Shown here: piece by piece, positions 28,971 to 40,504 of the stretch | How positions within the stretch are numbered: the stretch's first letter is position 1 | How the letters are laid out: the number at the start of each line of letters is the position of its first letter | Source of the DNA: Candidatus Poribacteria bacterium | GTDB lineage: Bacteria; Poribacteria; WGA-4E; WGA-3G | Reading direction: 5' to 3' | DNA length: 64,000 bases | NCBI GenBank assembly: GCA_965232545.1 | Contig: OZ246979.1 | Location: 4,002,481-4,066,480, forward strand | Program-made: the position numbers and the translations under genes | Notes under the pieces: model-generated | Database searches by the model: none | The model's input: the letters and a program-made list of their open reading frames with translations, nothing else | Told to the model about the DNA's origin: nothing

Positions 28971-31900
28971 ATGCAAATTCAGATTAAAACCCGTTTTTTG
29001 TTATATATGTTTATGTTGTCCTTATGTCTGAATACCCTTTTTCTTGGCAATACGGATGCACAACTCATCACTGAACCCTTTGACTCATCCACCGGTCCCA
29101 CCTATACTTTTGAGAGCATTGATGTCCCCGGTGTAGATTATTTGGAGTTAACCGCGAGTAGCGACTTTGAGGATTACGCAGGGAACACCCGGTCTGCCGA
29201 TGGTCAAAAAATTGTCGGCTTCACACTCATTGACGGCGTTTTTGCGACCTACGATTTCCCCGGCTCACAAAATACCTATTTCTATGCGCTCGGTAATGAT
29301 GGGCGGGCTGCCGGCCACTACGAGGACAGCGAGGGTCTGTATCATGGTGTCGTCTTGAAAGATGGCGAGTTGCGGCAATACGATTTCCCGGGTGCTGTCG
29401 AAACAGAGATATATGGGATGAGTGATGCGACCGGGGTACTGACAGGTAATTTTATTGATGAAGCGGGTGTGCGCCGCGGTTTCTCAGGAGACATTATCGT
29501 TGAAGCCCCCGATGCCTCCGCAACTTATGCTGATTTTGTGAGCGCGGGCCGTATCGTAGGGAGTTACATAGATGCTGAAGGCATCTATCATGCATACATA
29601 CGTACGCAGGATGGCAGGTTTGCGTCTTTTGATCACATAGGATCATCTGACCCAGAGTACCTTTTTATTCACGGCATCAATGACGTTGGTGTTCTCGTCA
29701 TTAGAGCCAAAGCGGTGTTTGATATTCCGCGCACTTATGTCGGTAAATTCACAAGGCTACAGGAATTACAGTTTCCAGGCAGCGTGAGCACAGAAGGTTG
29801 GAATATCAATCAGGACGGCTCCGTTGTCGGACATTACGACGCAGCCGATGGACGCAGAAACGGGTTTATCGCAAGACCCGTAGCGGACACCGGGGCACAC
29901 GACGAAGATGAACCCGTTGTCACACCCGTCGACTCCGACTATACTTTTGTGAATCTTGATATTCCCAGTATAGCGTTCTTAGAGTTGACGGCGAGTTCCG
30001 ACTTCAACTATACATTTGAGAGCATTGACGTTCCGGGTGTAGATTTTTTAGAGGTGACATCGAGTGACGATTTTGAAAATTACGCTGGGAGCACCCGAAA
30101 CCCCGAGGGCGAAAATATAGTCGGCTTTACGCGCATTGATGGCGTTTTTACGACATACCATTTCCCCGGCGCAAAGAACACTTATTTCTATGCGTTGGGG
30201 AATACAGGCATCGCTGCCGGACACTACGAGGACAGCAACGGTCTGCACCACGGTGTCATCTTGGAAGACGGCGAGTTACGGGAATATAATTTTCCGGGTG
30301 CCGTCGAAACGTTCATACACGGCTTTTCTGATGCGACCGGGGCATTGACCGGGAATTATATAGATGCTTCGGGCGTGCGTCGCGGATTCTCAGGGGACAT
30401 CATCATTGAGATTCCCGGGGCATCTGAGACCTACGCAGATTTTGTCAGCGCGTCAGGGAGCGTCGTGGGTAGCTATGTAGATGCTGATGGGATATATCAC
30501 ATGTACATACTTTTCCCAGGCAGGATTACATCTCTCAACTTTCCACACGCAGAAAATATAGAATACCTTTTTGCGCACGGTGTTAATCAAGCATTAATTT
30601 ACGTTGTTCGCGTCAAACGGGTAGATGATGTGCCACGTACTTATGTCGGTGGGGTCCACGGTCTACATGAGTTTCAGTTCCCCGGGAGCGTCAGCACGGA
30701 GGGCTGGAATATTAATGAGGATGGTTCTGTCGTTGGGTACTATGACACAGCGGATGGACGCAGACACGGCTTTATCGCCAAACCCGCAGCGGACACCGCT
30801 GCACACGTCAGCGGTGCCCCCGTTGACGGATCCCTCACCGGTGCCGCCTATACATTTGAGAGTATTGACGTTCCCGGCGTAGATTTTTTAGAGGTGACGG
30901 CGAGTTCCGACTTTGAGGATTACGCTGGCTACATACGCAGTGCTGATGGTGAGAATAAAGTCGGCTTTACGCGCATTGATGGCGTTTTTACGACACACCA
31001 TTTCCCCGGCGCAAAGAACACTTATTTCTATGCATTGGGGAACAATGGCGTAGCTGCGGGACACTACGAGGATAGTGAGGGGCTCCACCATGGTGTCATC
31101 TTAGAAGATGGCGAGTTGCGACAATACGATTTTCCGGGTGCCGTCGAAACGTTCATACATGGCATTTCTGATGCAACCGGGGCATTGACGGGTAATTATA
31201 TAGATGCTTCAGGCGTGCGTCGCGGATTTTCAGGGGACATCATCGTTGAGTTCCCTGGAGCAGCGGAAACGTATGCCGATTTTGTCAATGAGCACGGCAG
31301 TATCGTGGGCAGCTACGTAGATGCTGATGGGAGATATGAGGCATACGTGCGGACCCCGGATGAAAGGTTTCTGTCTTTAGACTATACAAACAGAGCAGAC
31401 CTACACTTTACAGACACACCCGAGTTGGAATACATTTTTCTGCACGGTATCAGCGATGTTGGTGTTATCGTGGCGCGTTCCAAAGCGGTGGGTGATGTGT
31501 CGCGCACATACGTCGGCGGTCCCGAAGGCTTACATGAATTGCGGTTCCCGGGGAGCGTTTCCACGGAGGGTTGGAATATTAATCAGGATGGCTCTGTCGT
31601 CGGGCACTATGATTCACCCGACGGACGTAGACACGGGTTCATTGCCAGACCTGTTCCCCAGGCAGAGAGCGATCATTTTGGCAACTTCTACACGGTCACG
31701 CTCTCTAAAGGTTTGAACATGCTCTCCGTGCCGTTGGCACCCCCAAAACCGATGACTGCCAAGTCACTCGTCGCTATGACAGGGGCGACAACTATCATCA
31801 TGTTTGACGCGCCACACCAAAAATTCGTTGCGTGGACACCAGACGCACCCAATGATGGTTTCTCAATTGAAGGTGGACAAGGCTATATCATCAATGTTCC

Positions 31901-32591
31901 AGCAACCCGCAACTTTGCATTCGTCGGCGCACCGTGGACAGATCCAACCGAAGGGGCTGCTGCAGCACCCTCCATATCCACACAGATGTCCCAAGAAGCG
32001 TGGGCGTTCGTTGTCAGTGGACACTTGGAAGGTAAACCAACGTTCGATGACCACCAGGTAATCGTTCGTAACCTGAGAACAAACACCGTGATAACTGTTC
32101 CAGTACAAGGGGATTATTTCGCTGCCGCAACTGCCGACCTAACGCGGCGGAGCGTCGTCGAAGTCGGAGACGTGATTGAATTACGCCTCATCGGTCCCAA
32201 TGGAAATGCTGAGTTACAACCCCTCAGTTTCAAAGTGACCCCTGAGCACCTTGCCAACGCTGTTCTGTCTGTTAAACTTGATGACATCGGTCAACCGACG
32301 CAGGATCTCCTGCTGCAGAACTATCCGAACCCGTTCAACCCGGAGACATGGATTCCTTATCAACTTTCCGAAGATACTTCTGTATCGATATCCATTTACG
32401 ATACAACGGGTCAGTTGGTTCGCACGCTTTCACTCGGTTTTCAATCCGCGGGCTTCTATAATAGTCAGGGGCGTGCGGCGTATTGGGATGGACGCAATGC
32501 CCTCGGCGAACGCGTTGCGAGTGGTATCTATTTTTACCAGTTGACGACGCCGTCTTTCCAGCAGACACGGCGGCTCGTCATTGTAAAGTAG
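28971..32591 (+). CDS. Secreted protein with three ~280-aa beta-propeller-like repeats and FlgD/T9SS-like CTD
   Basis: GGAG RBS, signal peptide, YTFESIDVPG...RHGFIARP units, NYPNPFNPETW. Confidence 0.9.
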   Translation: MQIQIKTRFLLYMFMLSLCLNTLFLGNTDAQLITEPFDSSTGPTYTFESIDVPGVDYLELTASSDFEDYAGNTRSADGQKIVGFTLIDGVFATYDFPGSQNTYFYALGNDGRAAGHYEDSEGLYHGVVLKDGELRQYDFPGAVETEIYGMSDATGVLTGNFIDEAGVRRGFSGDIIVEAPDASATYADFVSAGRIVGSYIDAEGIYHAYIRTQDGRFASFDHIGSSDPEYLFIHGINDVGVLVIRAKAVFDIPRTYVGKFTRLQELQFPGSVSTEGWNINQDGSVVGHYDAADGRRNGFIARPVADTGAHDEDEPVVTPVDSDYTFVNLDIPSIAFLELTASSDFNYTFESIDVPGVDFLEVTSSDDFENYAGSTRNPEGENIVGFTRIDGVFTTYHFPGAKNTYFYALGNTGIAAGHYEDSNGLHHGVILEDGELREYNFPGAVETFIHGFSDATGALTGNYIDASGVRRGFSGDIIIEIPGASETYADFVSASGSVVGSYVDADGIYHMYILFPGRITSLNFPHAENIEYLFAHGVNQALIYVVRVKRVDDVPRTYVGGVHGLHEFQFPGSVSTEGWNINEDGSVVGYYDTADGRRHGFIAKPAADTAAHVSGAPVDGSLTGAAYTFESIDVPGVDFLEVTASSDFEDYAGYIRSADGENKVGFTRIDGVFTTHHFPGAKNTYFYALGNNGVAAGHYEDSEGLHHGVILEDGELRQYDFPGAVETFIHGISDATGALTGNYIDASGVRRGFSGDIIVEFPGAAETYADFVNEHGSIVGSYVDADGRYEAYVRTPDERFLSLDYTNRADLHFTDTPELEYIFLHGISDVGVIVARSKAVGDVSRTYVGGPEGLHELRFPGSVSTEGWNINQDGSVVGHYDSPDGRRHGFIARPVPQAESDHFGNFYTVTLSKGLNMLSVPLAPPKPMTAKSLVAMTGATTIIMFDAPHQKFVAWTPDAPNDGFSIEGGQGYIINVPATRNFAFVGAPWTDPTEGAAAAPSISTQMSQEAWAFVVSGHLEGKPTFDDHQVIVRNLRTNTVITVPVQGDYFAAATADLTRRSVVEVGDVIELRLIGPNGNAELQPLSFKVTPEHLANAVLSVKLDDIGQPTQDLLLQNYPNPFNPETWIPYQLSEDTSVSISIYDTTGQLVRTLSLGFQSAGFYNSQGRAAYWDGRNALGERVASGIYFYQLTTPSFQQTRRLVIVK

Positions 32592-32734
32592 ACTCCATCC
32601 GTATAAACCTACAGGATCCTCGCTTTTACCGTATTGTTGAACGCAAATTTGCGATGCTTCAACAGCATCTGTCATCTGTCAAGATAGGTATCTGAAAGAT
32701 TGTTTCTATTTTCTTTTCATTCTTTTGATAAATA

Positions 32735-32920
32735 TAGGGCTTACGTATGCGGCTCTTTTGTAGCATGATGCACGTCGCATGAATCAACGGTATGAATGCC
32801 GTGTGGCATTCACCGGGGCGAATACGCCGCAAAACTGTTAGTTTGTGCCACAGACCGCCTGCGTTTTTTATCCGCTCCCTTTCTCATGGCGCGGGGGTGA
32901 TCAAAATTGCGTAAGTCCTG
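32735..32920. mobile_element. MITE family B (AGG[AG]CTTACG...TGCGTAAGTCCTG)
   Basis: Terminal inverted repeats; partial relative at 59867. Confidence 0.7.
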
Positions 32921-32945
32921 AAATACTTTAAATGAGGGTTTCGTT

Positions 32946-35900
32946 ATGCAAACTCAGATTAAAACCAGATTTTTATTTTACACATTTACGTTGTTCGTAT
33001 GCTTTAGTTCCTTTTTCCTAATTAACACACCCGCACAAGTTATCGAATCCGCCAGCGACAACTATACCTTTGAGACGATCGACGTTCCGGATGTAGATTT
33101 TTTAGCGGTGACGGCGAGTAGCGACTTTGAGGATTACGCCGGTTATACGAAAAGTGCTGATGGTGAAAAAGATGTCGGCTTTACACTCATTGATGGTGTT
33201 TTTACGACCTACGATTTCCCCGACTCGCAGAACACCTATTTCTATGCCCTCGGTAATAATGGGAACGCCGCTGGACACTATCAAGACAGCGAAGGGCTCT
33301 ACCACGGTGTCGTCTTAGAAAATGGCGAGTTGCGACAATACGATTTTCCGGATGCTGTTCAAACGGAGATATACGGGATTAGCGATGTGACGGGGGCATT
33401 GACGGGTGATTTTATAGATGTTACCGGGGTTCGCCGTGGCTTCTCAGGAGACACAGTCGTTGAAGTCCCTGGAGCGTTAGCAACGTATGCCGCTTTTGCA
33501 ACCACATCAGGAGCCGTTGTGGGTAGCTACATAGACGCGGACGGTTTATATCATTCATACGTGCACGCTCCGGACGGCAGGTTTATATTTGGCGATGTTT
33601 TACCAGCATCGAATCTGGAGTACATTTTTACGCATGGTGTCAACGATATCGGTGTTATCGTTGCACACGTCAAAATCGTGGGTGATGTCCCGCGCACCTA
33701 TGTCGGTAGACCCGGACAACTACACGAATTACAGGTTCCGGGTAGCGTTAGCACGGAGGGGTGGAATATCAATCGGGACGGCTATGTCGTCGGACACTAT
33801 GACTCTCCCGATGGACATAGATACGGATTTATCGCCAGACCCACAGAAGATACGGCTGCACAAGTCGACACGCAACCCGTCACTCCATCTGCCAGTGCCG
33901 ACTATGCGTTTGAAAGTATTGACGTTCCCGGTGTAGATTTCTTAGAGTTAACTGCGAGTAGCGACTTTGACGATTACGCCGGTAATACCCTGAGTGCTGA
34001 TGGTAAAAAAATCGTCGGCTTTACGCTCATTGATGGCGTTTTTACGACCTACGATTTCCCGGGGGCAAAGAATACCTATTTCTATGCGCTGGGTAACAAT
34101 GGACAGGCTGCCGGACACTACGAGGATAGCGAAGGGCTCTACCACGGTGTCGTCTTAGAAAATGGCGAGTTGCGGCAATACGATTTCCCGGGTGCCGTCC
34201 AAACGGAGATATACGGTATTTCCGATGCGACGGGTGCCCTGACGGGTAATTTTATAGACGCTCCCGGGGTTCGTCATGGCTTCTCAGGAGACACGATCGT
34301 TGAAGTCCCTGGAGCGTTAGCAACGTATGCCGATTTTGTGAGCGGGTCAGGGACCGTCGTGGGTAGCTACATAGACAGTGACGGTCTATATCACGCGTAC
34401 GGACGCCTCCCGGACGGCAGGTTTATATTTGGCGATGTTTTACCAGCATCGAATCTGGAGTACATTTTTACGCATGGTGTCAACGATATCGGTGTTATCG
34501 TTACCCGAGTCAAAGCGGTGGGTGATGTCCCGCGCACTTATGTCGGTAAATTCGGGCAACCACACGAATTACAGGTTCCGGGTAGCGTTAGCACGGAGGG
34601 GTGGAATATTAATCAGGATGGTTCTGTCGTCGGACACTATGACTCAGTTGATGGGCGAAGGCACGGTTTCATCGCCAGACCCACTGCGGAAACTGCTGCG
34701 CCAGTTGAGGATCCATCTTTGGTCTCATCCGTCAGTGACAACTATACTTTTGAGACGATAGACATCCCAGGCGTAGGTTTTTTAGCGTTGACGGCGAGTA
34801 GCGACTTTGAAGATTACGCCGGCTACACGAAAAGTGCCGATGGTGAAAAAGACGTCGCCTTTACGCTCATTGATGGCGTTTTTATGACCTACGATTTCCC
34901 CGGCTCACAGAACACCTATTTCTATGCCCTCGGTAATAATGGGAACGCCGCTGGACACTACCAAGACAGCGACGGGCTTTACCATGGTGTCATCTTAGAA
35001 AATGGTGAGTTGCGGCAATACGATTTCCCGGGTGCCGTCCAAACGGAGATATTTGGTATTTCTGATGCGACCAGGGCACTGACAGGGAATTTTATAGACG
35101 CTTCTGGCGTGCGCCGTGGATTCTCAGGGGACACAATCATTGAAGTTCCCGAGGCATTGGCAACATACAGCGATTTTGTGAACGCGAGCGGCGGTTTGGT
35201 CGGCAGCTACATAGATGCCGAAGGGATATATCATCCTTATGTCCGTACCCCGAATGGCGATTTTATACCTTTTACATTTTTAGACCCCCCCGATCTGGAA
35301 TACTTTTTTGTCCACGGTGTTAACGACGCAGGGTTTATCGTTGCCCGGAGCAAAATTATAGGTGATGTACCGCGCACCTTTATCGGCGCATTCCGTGAAG
35401 AATACCAGGAATTGCAGGTTCCGGGTAGCGTTAGCACGGAGGGGTGGAATGTGAATCAGGACGGTTCTATCGTCGGATACTATGACTCAGCGGATGGACG
35501 CAGACACGGATTTATCGCCAGACCTGTCGCAGAAGTCAGTGATGAATCCGTTGTCACCCCCACCATCTCCCAGTATACTTTTGAGAATATAGATGTTCCG
35601 GGTGTGGACTTCTTAGCGTTGACAGCGAGTAGCGACTTTGAGGATTACGCCGGCTACACGAAAAGTCCCGATGGTCAAAAAGATGTTGCCTTTACGCTCA
35701 TTGATGGCGTTTTTATGACCTACGATTTCCCCGGCTCACAGAACACCTATTTCTATGCCCTCGGTAACAATGGGAACGCCGCGGGCCACTACCAAGATAG
35801 CGAGGGGTTATACCACGGTGTCATCTTAGAAAATGGTGAGTTGCGGCAATACGATTTCCCGGGTGCCGTTGAAACCCAAATCTTCGGTATCAGTGATGCA

Positions 35901-37304
35901 ACCGGGGCACTGACAGGGAATTGGACAGATGCTTCCGGGGTGCGCCGTGGCTTCTCAGGGGACGAAATCATTGAAGTTCCCGACGCATCGGCAACTTATG
36001 CCAATTTTACGAACGAGATCGGTCTTGTAGTCGGTAGCTACATAGATGCCGACGGCATATTTCATGCTTATGTGCGGCCCCCGAATGGCATATTTTTACC
36101 TTTTGACCTACCGAACCCAGCTGAGTTGGAATACATTTTTGTCCATCACATGAGTGAAAAATTGACTGCCATTGCCGGAGCCAAACGGGTCGGTGATGTC
36201 CCACGCACCGTTATCGGCACACTCGAGGGGGGGATATATGATTTTCAGTTTCCGGGCAGCGTCAGCACAGAAGGTTGGAATGTGAATCAGGACGGCTCTG
36301 TCGTCGGACACTATGACTCATCCGATGGACGCAGACACGGATTTATCGCAAGACCCGCCAACAAGGTGAGAAGCGATTATTTTGGAAATGTTTACGATGT
36401 CACGCTGTCTAAAGGTTTAAACATGCTATCTGTGCCTTTGGCTCCCCCCAAACCGATGACAGCAAAATCACTCGTTGCGATGACAGGGGCAACAACCATC
36501 GTCGCACTCGATGCCGAAAACCAGCGGTTCGTCGCATGGACACCCGGCGCACCCGACGACGGTTTTCCAATTGAAGGTGGCAAAGGATATATCGTCAATG
36601 TCCGTGAAACTCGAAACTTTGCTTTCGTCGGATCACGATGGACAAACCAAACGGAGAAGACCGCTGCAGCACCATCTGCCATATCCACGGGCAGGTCCCA
36701 GCAACAGGCAGCGTGGGCGTTTGTTGTCAGTGGACACTTGGAAGGTAAACCTGATTTTGATGGCTACCAGGTAAGCGTCCGTAACCTGAGAACAAATAGC
36801 ACGATAACCGCCTCCGTTCAAGAGGATTACTTCGCGGCTGCAACCGCCGACTTGGCGCGTCGAAGCGTCGTTCAAGTTGGAGACGTGATTGAATTACGCG
36901 TCATCGGTCCGAATGGAAATGCTGAACTACAAACCCTCAGTTTCAAAGTGACCCCTGAGCACCTTGCCAACGCTGTTCTGTCTGTTAGACTTGATGGCAT
37001 CGGTCAACCTGAGCAGAATCTCTTGTTGCAGAACTATCCGAATCCGTTTAACCCGGAGACATGGATTCCCTATCAACTCTCCGAAGATAGTCAAGCATCG
37101 ATATCCATTTATGATACAACAGGTAAGGTGATTCGGACGCTTTCGCTGGGCTTCCAATCCGCAGGCTTCTATAATAGTCGGGGGCGTGCGGCGTATTGGG
37201 ATGGGCGTAATGCCCTCGGGGAACGCGTTGCGAGTGGTATCTACTTTTACCAGTTGACGACACCCTCCTTCCAGCAGACACGGCGACTCGTTATTGTAAA
37301 ATAG
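32946..37304 (+). CDS. Tandem paralog with four ~280-aa repeats and FlgD/T9SS-like CTD
   Basis: Same architecture as 28971..32591. Confidence 0.92.
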   Translation: MQTQIKTRFLFYTFTLFVCFSSFFLINTPAQVIESASDNYTFETIDVPDVDFLAVTASSDFEDYAGYTKSADGEKDVGFTLIDGVFTTYDFPDSQNTYFYALGNNGNAAGHYQDSEGLYHGVVLENGELRQYDFPDAVQTEIYGISDVTGALTGDFIDVTGVRRGFSGDTVVEVPGALATYAAFATTSGAVVGSYIDADGLYHSYVHAPDGRFIFGDVLPASNLEYIFTHGVNDIGVIVAHVKIVGDVPRTYVGRPGQLHELQVPGSVSTEGWNINRDGYVVGHYDSPDGHRYGFIARPTEDTAAQVDTQPVTPSASADYAFESIDVPGVDFLELTASSDFDDYAGNTLSADGKKIVGFTLIDGVFTTYDFPGAKNTYFYALGNNGQAAGHYEDSEGLYHGVVLENGELRQYDFPGAVQTEIYGISDATGALTGNFIDAPGVRHGFSGDTIVEVPGALATYADFVSGSGTVVGSYIDSDGLYHAYGRLPDGRFIFGDVLPASNLEYIFTHGVNDIGVIVTRVKAVGDVPRTYVGKFGQPHELQVPGSVSTEGWNINQDGSVVGHYDSVDGRRHGFIARPTAETAAPVEDPSLVSSVSDNYTFETIDIPGVGFLALTASSDFEDYAGYTKSADGEKDVAFTLIDGVFMTYDFPGSQNTYFYALGNNGNAAGHYQDSDGLYHGVILENGELRQYDFPGAVQTEIFGISDATRALTGNFIDASGVRRGFSGDTIIEVPEALATYSDFVNASGGLVGSYIDAEGIYHPYVRTPNGDFIPFTFLDPPDLEYFFVHGVNDAGFIVARSKIIGDVPRTFIGAFREEYQELQVPGSVSTEGWNVNQDGSIVGYYDSADGRRHGFIARPVAEVSDESVVTPTISQYTFENIDVPGVDFLALTASSDFEDYAGYTKSPDGQKDVAFTLIDGVFMTYDFPGSQNTYFYALGNNGNAAGHYQDSEGLYHGVILENGELRQYDFPGAVETQIFGISDATGALTGNWTDASGVRRGFSGDEIIEVPDASATYANFTNEIGLVVGSYIDADGIFHAYVRPPNGIFLPFDLPNPAELEYIFVHHMSEKLTAIAGAKRVGDVPRTVIGTLEGGIYDFQFPGSVSTEGWNVNQDGSVVGHYDSSDGRRHGFIARPANKVRSDYFGNVYDVTLSKGLNMLSVPLAPPKPMTAKSLVAMTGATTIVALDAENQRFVAWTPGAPDDGFPIEGGKGYIVNVRETRNFAFVGSRWTNQTEKTAAAPSAISTGRSQQQAAWAFVVSGHLEGKPDFDGYQVSVRNLRTNSTITASVQEDYFAAATADLARRSVVQVGDVIELRVIGPNGNAELQTLSFKVTPEHLANAVLSVRLDGIGQPEQNLLLQNYPNPFNPETWIPYQLSEDSQASISIYDTTGKVIRTLSLGFQSAGFYNSRGRAAYWDGRNALGERVASGIYFYQLTTPSFQQTRRLVIVK

Positions 37305-37323
37305 CGTCAATCCGCAACTCACA

Positions 37324-37367
37324 AGTGCCAGAGTTGTACTATTGATGTAACTCTGGCACTTTTTATT
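37324..37367 (+). terminator. Rho-independent terminator
   Basis: AAGTGCCAGAGTT...AACTCTGGCACTT followed by a T-tract. Confidence 0.75.
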
Positions 37368-37525
37368 GTGCTCTTAGGCGATTTCAATACCGAAGCCCCC
37401 AACGGGACAGCGTATCAGATGCTCATTGACGCAGAATATGTTGACACATGGCAGACGGAGCAGATAGGAAACACCTGTTGTCAGCAGAAAGACCTCGGCA
37501 ATGACATCAGCGAACACATCAAACG
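37368..37525 (+). pseudogene. C-terminal fragment of an endonuclease/exonuclease/phosphatase family gene
   Basis: LLGDFN, YVDTW motifs without an N-terminus. Confidence 0.55.
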
Positions 37526-37565
37526 CAAGGAGACAAACGTTACATTGAAAAAGAGGAAGTGCCTA

Positions 37566-37825
37566 TGGTTTACCCAATTCTGATTATCGAAAGCCATCTG
37601 GGATCAACAGATTGTTCAGGGTGCCATTTTTTTCGGCGGGGTCGGCGGATTTTCGCCAAACGGTTCCAACAACCAGAAGACATCGGTATCGGAAAGTTTG
37701 TCGCATTACCCGTAAAAATAGCGGAGTTGCCAACACCCTGTGCTGCCGAGAAAGCATTGAAACGTATTGATGCGGCTCGGCAGAAGCGTAAAGGTATCGT
37801 GGATATCAGGGATTTAGAAACTTAA
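37566..37825 (+). CDS. Small basic CxxC protein
   Basis: GAGG RBS; paralog at 28698 differs mostly at third codon positions; start approximate. Confidence 0.7.
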
Positions 37826-37978
37826 CACCCCGAAATAGAGACAATAGGTGAAATTAGAAGTCTCTCGATTGCGAGATTCAAACAAACTTGACAATATTAC
37901 CATCCTCTTTTAAACGTTGGAAATCGTAAGAACGTAGCAAAAGGATACACACGCTAAGTTTATAGAAGGGGGCATATT

Positions 37979-39268
37979 TTGTTTTCTGTTAAATTTTTGT
38001 TTGTACGGTTTTTGGTATTTGCTGTGTTTTCATTTTCTCTGGTTCTATGCTTTGGAGGCTGTGATGAAAGCACAGGAAAAATCCTATCTCAAATAGAAAG
38101 TTCAAATGAGACACTCCCCTTTAGCCCCGATGAGTGGGAAATTATAAGAAATCTCTCTCCTCTTCCGGACACACCGCCGCCGAATCCCACCAACCGCTTC
38201 GCTGATGACCCGGCTGCCGCAGAACTCGGACAAAAGTTCTTCTTTGATTTCCGATTTTCAAAAAATAGCACAATCGCTTGTTCGACATGCCACTCCCCCT
38301 TTTATGCGTTTGCGGACACTGAATCGACTTCATTCGCTACCGGACGCGGCACGAGAAATACACCGACAGTCCTTAACGCCGCCTATAACGACTGGCAGCT
38401 TTGGGACGGCAGATCCGAAACCATGTGGGCACAAGCACTTTTCGCACTCGAAGGTGAATCCGAAATGGCTGGCACACGTCTTCAATACGCACACGTCATA
38501 AAAACACACTACAAAACGGCGTATGAAGCCGTGTTCGGTCCGCTCCCTGAACTTGAGGATGCTATCCGATTTCCACCGGAAGGCAAACCCGGAGATCCAG
38601 CGTTTGATGGTATGTCCGAGGCAGATCAAATTGCTGTAAATACCATCTTCTCGAATATCGGAAAGTCGGTTGAAGCCTATCAGCGTCTCCTGATTACGCC
38701 TGACGCAGCGTTTGATCGTTATGTCGCAGGTGATGCGGCAGCGATTCCGCTTGAGGCGAAGCGAGGTTTGAAGATATTTATCGGAAAAGGGGGGTGCGTT
38801 GATTGCCACAATACACCGATATTTACGGACAATGCGTTTCATAATATCGGTGTGCCAGCGGGATCGGAAGAAGATAAAGGGCGTTTCCAAGGCATCCCAA
38901 AACTCTTAAACAATATATTTAACAGTTCTGGTATCTATAGTGATTCAAGGGCAGCATCGACACAAATGTTGGATGTTCTGGAAACGAAACCCGAAGACCA
39001 AGGTGCGTTTAGGACACCAACGCTCCGCAATGTCGCCATAACAGCACCTTACTTTCACACAGGTGAATTTTCGACACTCGCCTCAGTGATTGCGTTCAAG
39101 AATGCCGGTGGCTACACAACGACGTTCCCCCGTGTGGGAGCAGTGCCCATAGAACCGCTTCGTCTCAGCGAGGCAGAACAAAGCGATTTGATCATGTTTT
39201 TGGAGACATTGACAGGTGAGGTCCCACCCGCACATTTGCTAACGAAGCCCGTAGAAAATAGAAGGTGA
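37979..39268 (+). CDS. Di-heme cytochrome c peroxidase/MauG-like lipoprotein
   Basis: CSTCH, CVDCH, RNTPTVLN, WDGR, FRTPTLRNV, APYFH. Confidence 0.92.
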   Translation: MFSVKFLFVRFLVFAVFSFSLVLCFGGCDESTGKILSQIESSNETLPFSPDEWEIIRNLSPLPDTPPPNPTNRFADDPAAAELGQKFFFDFRFSKNSTIACSTCHSPFYAFADTESTSFATGRGTRNTPTVLNAAYNDWQLWDGRSETMWAQALFALEGESEMAGTRLQYAHVIKTHYKTAYEAVFGPLPELEDAIRFPPEGKPGDPAFDGMSEADQIAVNTIFSNIGKSVEAYQRLLITPDAAFDRYVAGDAAAIPLEAKRGLKIFIGKGGCVDCHNTPIFTDNAFHNIGVPAGSEEDKGRFQGIPKLLNNIFNSSGIYSDSRAASTQMLDVLETKPEDQGAFRTPTLRNVAITAPYFHTGEFSTLASVIAFKNAGGYTTTFPRVGAVPIEPLRLSEAEQSDLIMFLETLTGEVPPAHLLTKPVENRR

Positions 39269-39347
39269 GTACCATCTGGTACTCAGAGAAACAGAGTCAA
39301 CCTAACAAAAAATTCCAGTAACGTTAGGTTCAAAGCGGGAAGGAGAA

Positions 39348-40384
39348 GTGATGTCAGACAATCCCATAATGAACATCGGAGATTTAGCAAAACCTGCTAC
39401 CGCACTCATTGAGAAGATAGCGAGCGCGGGATACATACTTTATGAGCCATACCATATCAAAAGAGTCGCTAAAGCAAAAGCCGAGGCTGCAGTAATTGAA
39501 GCAGAATCCCAAATTAAGATAGCTAACTTGCATCGGGTTGAAGAGGAAACCCTATATGAAAAGAACACTGAAGCAGAATCCCAAATTAAGATAACTAACT
39601 TACATCGGCGTGCCATGGTTCGTTGGGTTGAAGAGGAAGCCCGAAATCAGAAGAACATAGAGGACATCACTACAAAAGCAATCAACCAGTTAAACGAAGA
39701 TGCAGATCCTCATCGCATAGACAACGACTGGATTGTCAATTTTTTTGAGCAATCTCGATTGGTATCCAATGATACCATGCAAGATTTATGGGCAGGTATT
39801 TTAGCCGGTGAAGCCAATTGTGCAGGCTCTTATTCACCAAAGGCATTGATGACCTTAGCAGATATGGATCAGAAAGTTGCAGCGTTGTTCAATAGGTTTT
39901 GTTCATTATGTATTATATCCTTGAAAGATCCACACGCATTTCTAAAGTCGCCATCCAATTTTGAAATTCAAGAGGCCAGAGTTCCCATCATAAGGGGTAC
40001 TCTGGTCGATATATCTACTCTTAGACATCACAGTACAAAATATCTTGAAGTATTTGCCGAAAATCCATGTCCATATATCAAAAGCATGATTTTGGTATTA
40101 ACGAGTTTCAATTATTATTAGAACATGGGCTTCTTCAGGATGACACCTCTTCAGGCTACCGGTATTTTTGGTATAATGATGAAATCTATATCTTCGAGAA
40201 TTCATCTGCTACGACTCTCAACAAATCAGAAGATATCCAGCAAATTCAATTATCAGGCTTCCGATTATCATTTGTTGGACGAGAACTATTCCATATCACA
40301 AAGCGAGACAATCCGCCTGAGTATTTAGGATCCTTGATTGATTTTCTGCAAAAATATTATAAAGTAAAAATAATCAGAATCTAA
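39348..40384 (+). pseudogene. DUF2806-like protein split by a frameshift near 40060
   Basis: KPATALIEKI, IDNDW, MQDLWAGILAGE..GSYS; continues in ORF 40067..40384; AT-rich. Confidence 0.65.
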
Positions 40385-40504
40385 TTCAACTTGAAAGAGA
40401 ATACTTAGGTCAAAAGAAACCACAGAATATCAGGTAAAGGCTAAAAGCAATATAGCGAAACTTAAGTCAATGCAAAGGACGCTATTTGAATAAAGGAGCT
40501 ATTT

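Noticed and set aside
28971-37304. Diversity-generating retroelement template/variable repeats
   Set aside because: No reverse transcriptase; differences do not appear adenine-specific and fit gene duplication
37299-37307. Possible target of the mini-element guide (AAATAGCGT)
   Set aside because: Only a 9-nt match and no TCAA TAM
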